This document shows positions 1-6,363 of a stretch of 26,154 nt of DNA, piece after piece (positions within the stretch are counted from its first letter, which is position 1; each line of letters opens with the position of its first letter). A program made the translations under genes and the position numbers. Location of the stretch: IMG/VR virus record IMGVR_UViG_3300046047_000103. One strand, given 5' to 3'. This DNA is from a virus (lineage: Duplodnaviria; Heunggongvirae; Uroviricota; Caudoviricetes). The notes below the pieces were generated by a model. It worked only from the letters and a program-made list of their open reading frames with translations. It did no database searches and had not been told where the DNA came from.

Positions 1-229
1 CTGCTGGTGCTGCGTAAACTGGTCGCGGTACACGAATAACCAGATGATGTCCGGACTACTTGCCGGACAGACATGACAAGCAAGATGCTAACCACTGATT
101 GCTTCCAGCATTAAATTGACTGGATAATGGCGAGATGGTGAAAGCCCATCGAGTGGAGTTAAAACCCGCGGCTTAATTAACCGTGGGGATCAGGGAGACT
201 ATGAATCGATCTGTTCACGCCACGCTTAC

Positions 230-302
230 GCCCTTATAGCTCAGATGGTAGAGCAGCTGACTCTTAATCAGCGTGTCCGGGGTTCGAGCCCCCGTGAGGG
301 CA
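230..302 (+). tRNA. tRNA-Lys(CTT)
   Basis: Cloverleaf: acceptor GCCCTTA/TGAGGGC, anticodon arm GCTGA-CTCTTAA-TCAGC, TTCGAG T loop. Confidence 0.95.
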
Positions 303-350
303 CTTATGAGCATTGATAGCATTGTGGCGCATTGATGATCATATGATTAT

Positions 351-434
351 GGATGGTAGGCTGAGCGGTTAAGGCGCCTGTTCGCTAAACAGGTTCGTGT
401 CACAGCGTGGTGGGTTCGACTCCCGCATCATCCG
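351..434 (+). tRNA. tRNA-Ser(GCT), long variable arm, C33
   Basis: GGATGGT/ATCATCC-G; CCTGT-TCGCTAA-ACAGG; paralog of 7852-7935. Confidence 0.9.
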
Positions 435-557
435 CGGTCGGTAGGGGTTGTCCTCACTGGGCGATCAGCGACCTCATGAGCGCACGCATGGGATCAGTCA
501 CAGATCGTTGCAGTGCAGAACCCCTTCAGAAGATGGACTCCGTGAAGGTCCACGAAT

Positions 558-630
558 GCCGTCATAGCTCAGATGGTAGAGCGGCGAGCTGAAACCTCGC
601 AGGTCGCTGGTTCAAGTCCAGTTGTCGGCA
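558..630 (+). tRNA. tRNA-Phe(GAA)
   Basis: GCCGTCA/TGTCGGC-A; GCGAG-CTGAAAC-CTCGC. Confidence 0.93.
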
Positions 631-631
631 C

Positions 632-715
632 GGTGCGGCTGAGCGACGGTCGCTCAGGTGGCCGTAACCCACCCGTTCGTAATGAGCATTGCAGGTTCGA
701 ATCCTGTCCGCACCA
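632..715 (+). tRNA. tRNA-Tyr(GTA), long variable arm, C33, extended D stem
   Basis: GGTGCGG/CCGCACC-A; GGTGG-CCGTAAC-CCACC. Confidence 0.85.
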
Positions 716-739
716 CTCAGATCTGAAACAGATCTGTAT

Positions 740-810
740 GCGTCCATCGTATAATGGTAGTACTTGAGCTTCCAAACCTCATGATCTGGGTTCGATTCCT
801 AGTGGGCGTG
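740..810 (+). tRNA. tRNA-Trp(CCA), divergent (31-39 mismatch; Gly-TCC reading less likely)
   Basis: GCGTCCA/TGGGCGT-G resembles the acceptor of Trp at 3951; standard spacing gives loop TTCCAAA; G73. Confidence 0.7.
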
Positions 811-962
811 CGAGACCAAGCCGTGAGGTGAGGTCATGGTTGACTGCATGATCGCCTACAATGCGTGTGGCTAGACACTGAAGTCATGCAGACAGCGTCG
901 TCACTGGTATCGGCGGTGACGGCAACCGGTTCTCGTGTCCGGCTTACCAAAATACGACCAAT

Positions 963-1035
963 GGGGGCATGGCGCAGCTGGTAGCGCAACTCCTCAGCAA
1001 GGAGTAGGTCGCGGGTCCGAGTCCCGCTGCTTCCA
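963..1035 (+). tRNA. tRNA-Ala(AGC), A34, C33
   Basis: GGGGGCA/TGCTTCC-A with G3.U70; ACTCC-TCAGCAA-GGAGT; T loop TCCGAG. Confidence 0.88.
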
Positions 1036-1113
1036 CTTGGATCCATCAAGACAGGGCGGCGTCAGCAGCATGATGGATCCGCGACACGCCGGTGATTGAG
1101 ATCGGGCTGACTA

Positions 1114-1122
1114 TGTTACAAT
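1114..1122 (+). promoter_or_regulatory. Putative extended -10 promoter TGTTACAAT within the tRNA array
   Basis: TGn-TAnnnT match; TTGAGA at 1096-1101 with a short 15-nt spacer. Confidence 0.5.
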
Positions 1123-1262
1123 GGTATTGTCCACGAAAACGATGGATCACCCGAAGCCTGATAACCTAATCTAAGTCAATCATCTGGATCCATTGTCCAC
1201 AGCGTATGCTCAGGATGATGGCAGGATGTCAAAGTCCCCGCGATGACGATAAACCCGCGAAT

Positions 1263-1343
1263 GCCCCTATGGTAGGAATTGGTAGACACGGTCGACTTAA
1301 AATCGATTGCTTAGGCGTCCCGGTTCGAGTCCGGGTGGGGGTA
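1263..1343 (+). tRNA. tRNA-Leu(TAA), long variable arm
   Basis: GCCCCTA/TGGGGGT-A; GTCGA-CTTAAAA-TCGAT. Confidence 0.92.
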
Positions 1344-1346
1344 CAA

Positions 1347-1366
1347 GGTCGCGCCTAGGCGCGACC
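1347..1366. repeat. Perfect 20-bp palindrome GGTCGCGCCTAGGCGCGACC
   Basis: Read directly; 3 nt after tRNA-Leu. Confidence 0.85.
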
Positions 1367-1447
1367 GCTCATCGGATCCATGTGATTCGATGAGCATGCA
1401 GTACCGTGAGATGATGCGGGTTCGAGTCCGCCTGGCAATCATTAACG

Positions 1448-1536
1448 GTGACGGAGTTGATCTAGTAACTCAATGGCAGAAGCTACTCCATTTATTGTGG
1501 AAATGCGGGTTCGAATCCCGCCTAGTGATCCGTCAC
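1448..1536 (+). pseudogene. Degenerate tRNA-like unit closed by an extra 8-bp stem
   Basis: D-loop-like AACTCAATGGCAGAAG; perfect T arm GCGGG-TTCGAAT-CCCGC; broken acceptor; GTGACGGA/TCCGTCAC outer stem. Confidence 0.5.
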
Positions 1537-1615
1537 AGATGATGCTGTGCGTCAATGGCGCATTGGAATAGATTCAACATTCTAATGGGGCCAGTCATCC
1601 AGCGTCCGCATGAAT

Positions 1616-1689
1616 GCTTTCATAGCCCAATAGGTAGAGGCGATGGATTTAGGATCCATTCAGTGCTGGTTCGAGTCCAGTTGAAAGCA
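1616..1689 (+). tRNA. tRNA-Leu(TAG), short variable loop
   Basis: GCTTTCA/TGAAAGC-A; ATGGA-TTTAGGA-TCCAT. Confidence 0.9.
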
Positions 1690-1692
1690 CAA

Positions 1693-1780
1693 TGTCCGAA
1701 TCAACTTAACGGCAGAGCAGCGGCCGAAACGCCGTGCGCGGGTCATTCCCGGCCTGTAGGGTTCGACTCCCACCGGACAG
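1693..1780 (+). pseudogene. Atypical tRNA-like unit (6-bp acceptor, 6-nt anticodon loop CGAAAC, long variable arm)
   Basis: TGTCCG/CGGACA-G; GCGGC-CGAAAC-GCCGT; TTCGACT T loop with bulged stem. Confidence 0.55.
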
Positions 1781-1920
1781 GAGCTGTATGCAAGTGGTGA
1801 CGATCATGAGCATACGGTTCACAGCGTGGCGAAGATCTTGACGATGATCTTCATCACGCACGTTTGGCTCTATCATCGCTTGGCGATGATTGCAAGGTTC
1901 ATCCCAAGGAGCCAATTCAT

Positions 1921-1992
1921 GGCCGTGAGGTCCTACGGTTGGACGCCTGCCTGTCGAGCAGGTTGCAGCGGGTTCAACTCCCGTCATGGTCG
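1921..1992 (+). tRNA. tRNA-Asp(GTC)
   Basis: GGCCGTG/CATGGTC-G; CCTGC-CTGTCGA-GCAGG; near-copy at 5226. Confidence 0.92.
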
Positions 1993-2237
1993 CAAGGTGC
2001 CTGGTGTCTGCGCCGAGGATCAGCCCCTGGCTGATCCATGACACCCGGTGGAAACGGCATGGTGACATGAAAACAGCATGGATCCATGATACGCCCTCCG
2101 TCTGTTACTTTCCGTCGGTGATGCTGAGGCGGCGGGGTTAACGATCTGTATTGTAGCGGATCGCTGCCGGCACGACCACATGGTCTTGAATGGACATGAA
2201 GCATCTCACGTGACGTCCGTGAAGCGTCACTTAAATT

Positions 2238-2317
2238 GGTGCGTTGGCAGAGCGGCAAATGCGGCTGGCTGTAAACCAGCTCTTTCGGGTTCGGGGGTTC
2301 GAGTCCCTCACGCACCA
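2238..2317 (+). tRNA. tRNA-Tyr(GTA)
   Basis: GGTGCGT/ACGCACC-A; GCTGG-CTGTAAA-CCAGC; variable arm. Confidence 0.94.
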
Positions 2318-2462
2318 CACAACATGTTTGGATGGGTTAAAGGACACCAATGGCCCCATCCTGTTGACAGTGCTCACTGTCAACAGCGTGTGATCGTGCA
2401 GTGCAGGTGCCCAGTCGACCACTGCACGGGATAGTCCTCATGATGACGATAAAAGCATGAAT

Positions 2463-2533
2463 GCCTCTATAGTTCAAAGGAAGAACTTCGGACTTTTAAT
2501 CCGCAGATCGGATATCGTAATTCCGTGGGGGCA
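2463..2533 (+). tRNA. tRNA-Lys(TTT) with non-canonical T loop
   Basis: GCCTCTA/TGGGGGC-A; TCGGA-CTTTTAA-TCCGC; T arm CGGA-TATCGTAAT-TCCG lacks TTC. Confidence 0.7.
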
Positions 2534-2654
2534 CGATGGTCATGTGGATTGCAACTGCGTGATCACGACTCGAATCTGCAGATTCGGGAATATGGATGCA
2601 AGTGAGCACAAGCCGCTGGTTGTGGTTCGAATCCCGCTCCTCAATGGTTATACC

Positions 2655-2750
2655 GGCGAGGGCGCGCCAATCGGTAGAGCGGGCGGCTGAACTCAACTGC
2701 ATTCATCATGCAAGCATGTGGGGGTGTTCGACTCCCGCCTAGGGGCTCCA
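2655..2750 (+). pseudogene. tRNA remnant, identity undetermined
   Basis: D-loop-like CCAATCGGTAGAGCG and T-loop-like GTTCGACTCCC; acceptor and anticodon stems do not pair cleanly. Confidence 0.35.
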
Positions 2751-2817
2751 TCGTGAGAGCGGTGGACACGCCCTTGGTGGTCTAGGGGTCATGGCGCTTC
2801 ATATTGCTTGCACTTAT

Positions 2818-2891
2818 GCTTCCATAGCCCAACAGGTAGAGGCGCAGGCTTCAGGAGTCTGTCAGTGCCGGTTCGAATCCAGTTGGAAGCA
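2818..2891 (+). tRNA. tRNA-Leu(CAG), short variable loop
   Basis: GCTTCCA/TGGAAGC-A; CAGGC-TTCAGGA-GTCTG; paralog of 1616-1689. Confidence 0.88.
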
Positions 2892-3028
2892 CGGGCCACT
2901 AAAGATGTGAGTTCGCTCTGAAATCTAGCTAGATACATCAATTGACCAAGGATGGTAACGTTGCGGAGTCATGATCCGTATGACGCGGATGTCACACGAT
3001 GTTGGCATCATGCATCACCATTCGATAT

Positions 3029-3102
3029 GCTCTCATAGCCCAATGGATCAGAGCGCTTGTCTACGGAACAAGAGGGTGCGGGTTCGAGTCCCGCTGGGAG
3101 CA
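3029..3102 (+). tRNA. tRNA-Arg(ACG)
   Basis: GCTCTCA/TGGGAGC-A; CTTGT-CTACGGA-ACAAG. Confidence 0.95.
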
Positions 3103-3128
3103 CCGTGACCACATGGTGTGGTCATTAT

Positions 3129-3199
3129 TGCCCATTCGTCTAACGGCAGGACGAAGGTCTTTGGTACCTTTAAAGTTGGTTCGAATCCAGCATGGGCAG
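3129..3199 (+). tRNA. tRNA-Gln(TTG)
   Basis: TGCCCAT/ATGGGCA-G; AAGGT-CTTTGGT-ACCTT. Confidence 0.93.
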
Positions 3200-3200
3200 C

Positions 3201-3273
3201 GCTTCTCTGGCTCAATGGTTACAGCATCTGACTCTTAATCAGAGGATTGTGGGTTCGATCCCCACGGGGAGCA
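3201..3273 (+). tRNA. tRNA-Lys(CTT)
   Basis: GCTTCTC/GGGGAGC-A; TCTGA-CTCTTAA-TCAGA. Confidence 0.93.
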
Positions 3274-3276
3274 CTT

Positions 3277-3347
3277 GGGGACATTCTGGTGACAGATGTC
3301 TACCATAGGGGCGGCTATATACCATGGTTCAAATCCATGGCGCTCCA
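3277..3347 (+). pseudogene. Degenerate Ala-like tRNA unit or minihelix
   Basis: Perfect T arm CATGG-TTCAAAT-CCATG followed by GCGCTCC-A; no clean D or anticodon arm. Confidence 0.45.
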
Positions 3348-3389
3348 CGACGGATGATGTCAGATCTGCTCCACATCGTCCTCACGTAT

Positions 3390-3462
3390 TGCTTGATAGC
3401 GCAACTGGGAACGCGCTCCGCTCTGGACGGAGAGATTGCAGGTCCGAATCCTGCTCAAGCAG
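3390..3462 (+). tRNA. tRNA-Gln(CTG)
   Basis: TGCTTGA/TCAAGCA-G; CTCCG-CTCTGGA-CGGAG; T loop TCCGAA. Confidence 0.92.
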
Positions 3463-3550
3463 CTTCACAGGTTTGGTGGCTAGCGTCGGCGGGTTGATAC
3501 TGCCGACGCCCGTAGCGAGGGAGAGTCCTCGTGCAGATCTGTGGATTCTT

Positions 3551-3625
3551 GCCCTTGTAGCTCAGCGGATCAGAGCATCGGTCCTCGGAACCGAGTTGTC
3601 GCAGGTTCGAATCCTGTCAGGGGCA
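3551..3625 (+). tRNA. tRNA-Arg(TCG), C33
   Basis: GCCCTTG/CAGGGGC-A; TCGGT-CCTCGGA-ACCGA. Confidence 0.92.
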
Positions 3626-3710
3626 CTGGCGATGGTGCAGGCAGTGATGCTTGCGGATCGCCTGCAGCGTCACCGGGTCAGGGTGGGAACACAGCAGCCC
3701 AGCGCTGTTT

Positions 3711-3783
3711 GGGGTTGTAGCTCAGATGGTAGAGCGCTTCGTTCGCATCGAAGAGGTCGCGGGTTCGACTCCCGCTAATTCCA
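3711..3783 (+). tRNA. tRNA-Ala(CGC)
   Basis: GGGGTTG/TAATTCC-A with G3.U70; CTTCG-TTCGCAT-CGAAG. Confidence 0.93.
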
Positions 3784-3865
3784 CTGACCTTGGATCTGGT
3801 CTTACCATTGATGGGGCGCTTAGCTCCGTCATCTTCTGTACCTAGGCTGGTCCGAGTGTCTTCAT

Positions 3866-3948
3866 GGTGCGTTGGCAGAACGGCGAATGCAGTCGATCAT
3901 ACAGATCGGCATCTTCGGGATACGGGGGTTCGAGTCCCTCACGCACCG
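3866..3948 (+). tRNA. tRNA-Tyr-derived body with rewritten anticodon arm (identity undetermined)
   Basis: Acceptor and T arms identical, D arm nearly so, to 2238-2317; anticodon arm GTCGATC-ATACA-GATCGGC; G73. Confidence 0.7.
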
Positions 3949-3950
3949 CA

Positions 3951-4023
3951 TCGTCCGTGGCGTAAATGGTAGCGCAGCGGTCTCCAAAACCGCAGATTGC
4001 AGGTTCGAGTCCTGTCGGGCGTG
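3951..4023 (+). tRNA. tRNA-Trp(CCA)
   Basis: (T)CGTCCG/CGGGCG(T)-G; GCGGT-CTCCAAA-ACCGC. Confidence 0.93.
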
Positions 4024-4057
4024 CTATGACTGCAACCTGTAAAAAGGGTAGTCGTAT

Positions 4058-4129
4058 GCCGGTATAGCACAATGGTCAATGCTTCTGCTTAGTAAACAGA
4101 TGATGATGGTTCGATTCCATCTATCGGCT
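4058..4129 (+). tRNA. tRNA-Thr(AGT), A34
   Basis: GCCGGTA/TATCGGC-T; TCTGC-TTAGTAA-ACAGA. Confidence 0.88.
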
Positions 4130-4130
4130 C

Positions 4131-4204
4131 GTTCGCGTGGCGCAGTTGGTTAGCGCGCTTCCATGACACGGAAGAGGTCGCCTGTTCGAGTCAGGCCGTG
4201 AGCA
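4131..4204 (+). tRNA. tRNA-Val(GAC)
   Basis: GTTCGCG/CGTGAGC-A; CTTCC-ATGACAC-GGAAG. Confidence 0.93.
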
Positions 4205-4205
4205 C

Positions 4206-4278
4206 GCCTCCATAGCTCAGATGGTAGAGCGGCTCTCTCGTAAAGAGCAGGTCTCCGGTCCGATTCCGGATGGTGGCT
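4206..4278 (+). tRNA. tRNA-Thr(CGT)
   Basis: GCCTCCA/TGGTGGC-T; GCTCT-CTCGTAA-AGAGC; T loop TCCGAT. Confidence 0.92.
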
Positions 4279-4308
4279 CTAGTGGAACAGATCTGTATCC
4301 ACGATCAT

Positions 4309-4380
4309 GCGGGTATCGTACATCGGTAAGTACATCTTTCTGATGAGAAGAAAAGCGGAGTTCGACTCTCTGTACCCGTA
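4309..4380 (+). tRNA. tRNA-Ile(GAT), divergent (G37)
   Basis: GCGGGTA/TACCCGT-A; TCTTT-CTGATGA-GAAGA. Confidence 0.8.
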
Positions 4381-4404
4381 CTGGTGACAGACTGCTGTCA
4401 TCAT

Positions 4405-4477
4405 GGGGACGTAACTCAATTGGTAGAGTGCTTCCCTTGCAAGGAAGATGTAGCGAGTTCGAATCTCGTCGCCTCCA
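4405..4477 (+). tRNA. tRNA-Ala(TGC)
   Basis: GGGGACG/CGCCTCC-A with G3.U70; CTTCC-CTTGCAA-GGAAG. Confidence 0.94.
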
Positions 4478-4600
4478 CGGCGCCCGTTCAACGGGCTATG
4501 TCATTAGAAGCGTTCTAACGCGCATTAGACGTGAGACCATCATGAAGATGAGTGTTCATTCATCTTCATGGTTATCTCGCTTAGAACGCAATCTAAGCAT

Positions 4601-4672
4601 CCGGATGTAGTACAACGGTTAGTATAATTGTCTGATACACAATTGACGATAGTTCAACTCTATCCATCCGGA
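4601..4672 (+). tRNA. tRNA-Ile(GAT)
   Basis: CCGGATG/CATCCGG-A; ATTGT-CTGATAC-ACAAT. Confidence 0.88.
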
Positions 4673-4739
4673 CTATGGATCCATATGATGTGGACATGTG
4701 AGCAAGCATTGAGCCCGTCATGATGGATCCATTCTGCAT

Positions 4740-4813
4740 CGCTGCGTAGCTCAGTTGGTGAGAGCGTTCGACCCATAATCGAGAGGTCGGTGGTTCGAGT
4801 CCACCCGTAGTGA
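4740..4813 (+). tRNA. tRNA-Met or Ile2 (CAT), elongator type, C33
   Basis: CGCTGCG/CGTAGTG-A; TTCGA-CCCATAA-TCGAG; no initiator features. Confidence 0.88.
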
Positions 4814-4934
4814 CGATCCTGTTAGCATGACGACTGGTCATCTCATGCTGATGGGGTAAGAATGAGAGCAGCGTTGGATTGACCGATCCGCGTGGATTTG
4901 CGTCCGTTAGTGGCGTGATCCCCCATTCGATTAT

Positions 4935-5007
4935 GGTCCTATGGAGCAACGGTCACCTCGTCTGATTCTCAGTCAGAAGATTCCGGGTTCGATTCCCGGT
5001 GGGACTA
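4935..5007 (+). tRNA. tRNA-Glu(CTC)
   Basis: GGTCCTA/TGGGACT-A; TCTGA-TTCTCAG-TCAGA. Confidence 0.93.
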
Positions 5008-5225
5008 CGCAGCATTGAGTACATGTCCGGTTCAATGGGCACATCCAAATAGTCTCTCAGGATCAATGTGAGGATGGGTCAGATCATGATGGAAGTCCTG
5101 TAGATCGTGGTCATCATGCTGCACGCAACATACGGGTCTAGCGGTCCCGTCGGTGATCATTGCGAGCATTACAGCGCATCGTGCTCGCATGATCTTACAG
5201 ATCCTCCGTCAATGGATCTTATTAT

Positions 5226-5297
5226 GGCCTTGAGGTCCTCCGGTTGGACGCCTGCCTGTCGAGCAGGTTGCAGCGGGTTCGATTCCCGTCATGGTCG
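5226..5297 (+). tRNA. tRNA-Asp(GTC)
   Basis: Near-copy of 1921-1992; CCTGC-CTGTCGA-GCAGG. Confidence 0.92.
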
Positions 5298-5298
5298 C

Positions 5299-5369
5299 CG
5301 TGGTGTGGCCGAATGGTTAGGCGGCGGTCTGCAAAACCGTATAAGTCAGTTCGATTCTGATCACCACGT
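5299..5369 (+). tRNA. tRNA-Cys(GCA)
   Basis: CGTGGTG/CACCACG-T (U73); GCGGT-CTGCAAA-ACCGT. Confidence 0.94.
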
Positions 5370-5372
5370 CTT

Positions 5373-5686
5373 GAGTTCCGCTTGACGTCGCGCGTCTAAC
5401 AGGCGTGAGGAAATTCGGGGCATCATAGGGCAGGGGTGTGGATTAGACCACCGATCGTGAGATCAGCGATAGCGCCGCAGAGACCATACCGCCGATGGAT
5501 CCATACGGGTCACAGGCAAGGGTGAAAAGCGTGAGGTAAGAGCTCACGGGATAATCTTCGCGAGGAGATCCTTGGCAAGCCGACCCTGATGAAACCACAA
5601 GTCGTGCTGGGCGGCCCGTCCAATAGCACAGGTAGCGGGATCAGATGGATGGCGTCTTAGACAGAACTCCGGTTACGGTGGAACTC
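5373..5686 (+). ncRNA. rnpB: RNase P RNA (bacterial type A, compact)
   Basis: P1 GAGTTCCGC/GTGGAACTC; CR-I GAGGAAATTCGGGC; AGCGCCGCAGAGACCATACCGCC; AAGGGTGAAA; P15 loop GGTAAGAG; GGCAAGCC; CAGATGGATGG; CR-V ACAGAACTCCGGTTAC, all in canonical order. Confidence 0.93.
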
Positions 5687-5711
5687 ATGAACGATCTGCT
5701 CGACACTCCGG

Positions 5712-5740
5712 TTGTCAAGATGCTCGATCAGTGATATGAT
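5712..5740 (+). promoter_or_regulatory. SigA-type promoter TTGTCA-N17-TATGAT with extended TG
   Basis: -35 at 5712-5717, -10 at 5735-5740; upstream of tRNA-Arg(CCT). Confidence 0.7.
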
Positions 5741-5821
5741 GGATCATGTTGTTCCTGATGACAACAGAAGCTTGATAACAGGATAGTGATTGACCCGATG
5801 AAGTCAGTAAACTCATCATAT

Positions 5822-5895
5822 GCCCGCATAGCCCAATGGACTAGAGCGCCAGTTTCCTAAACTGTAGGTTGTCGGTTCGAATCCGACTGTGGGCA
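5822..5895 (+). tRNA. tRNA-Arg(CCT)
   Basis: GCCCGCA/TGTGGGC-A; CCAGT-TTCCTAA-ACTGT. Confidence 0.93.
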
Positions 5896-6068
5896 CTTGG
5901 ACACTCCGGTGAAGCTATCCTCATGTGAAGACGTAGGGGCTTGACAGGGGCTGGTGGAGTGGACAATCGTGTAGGCAATGCGGTTAAGCGTCGTCAATGG
6001 TCGCAAAGTAGGCGGAAGCGTTGACAAGCATGCCGATCCCAGCAGGATGGCGCCATCTTGCTGGTTAC

Positions 6069-6142
6069 GCCTCGGTAGTCTAATGGATCAAAACGCCACT
6101 CCTCTAAAGTGGATAGTATGGGTTCGAATCCCATTCGAGGCA
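6069..6142 (+). tRNA. tRNA-Arg(TCT), C33
   Basis: GCCTCGG/TCGAGGC-A; CCACT-CCTCTAA-AGTGG. Confidence 0.9.
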
Positions 6143-6143
6143 C

Positions 6144-6218
6144 GTGGACTATGGCTCAATGGTAGAGCGACGGATTGTGGCTCCGTAGGTGCGGGTTCGA
6201 TTCCCGCTAGCCCAACCA
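6144..6218 (+). tRNA. tRNA-His(GTG), G-1, A73, encoded CCA
   Basis: G-TGGACTA/TAGCCCA-A-CCA; ACGGA-TTGTGGC-TCCGT. Confidence 0.92.
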
Positions 6219-6259
6219 CCGATGAGAATGTCAACAGATGTTGACAAGAATCATCGTAT

Positions 6260-6334
6260 GGCCCCGCGGTGTGCTTGGTCTGCGCATACGTGACTTTCAA
6301 TCACATGGTGACGGTTCGAGTCCGTCCGGGGCTA
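6260..6334 (+). tRNA. tRNA-Glu(TTC)
   Basis: GGCCCCG/CGGGGCT-A; CGTGA-CTTTCAA-TCACA. Confidence 0.88.
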
Positions 6335-6363
6335 CCCTCCATGAGACATGGATGAACGATCTT

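Noticed and set aside
740-810. Gly(TCC) identity, or a Gly-body tRNA reading Trp codons
   Set aside because: The acceptor stem and G73 match the Trp gene at 3951, Gly needs U73, and standard spacing gives CCA
926-960. HDV-like (theta) ribozyme suggested by the L3-like TTCTCGTG at 930-937
   Set aside because: No P2 partner or CNRA J4/2 could be placed, and it is not directly after a tRNA 3' end
1400-1445. Isolated T-arm-like GCGGGTTCGAGTCCGC (similar fragment at 2618-2640)
   Set aside because: No acceptor, D or anticodon arm; too little to call even a pseudogene
2720-2750. Possible tmRNA 3' end (T loop followed by GGGGCTCCA)
   Set aside because: No matching GGGGCTG-type 5' end or tag reading frame was found; treated as a tRNA remnant
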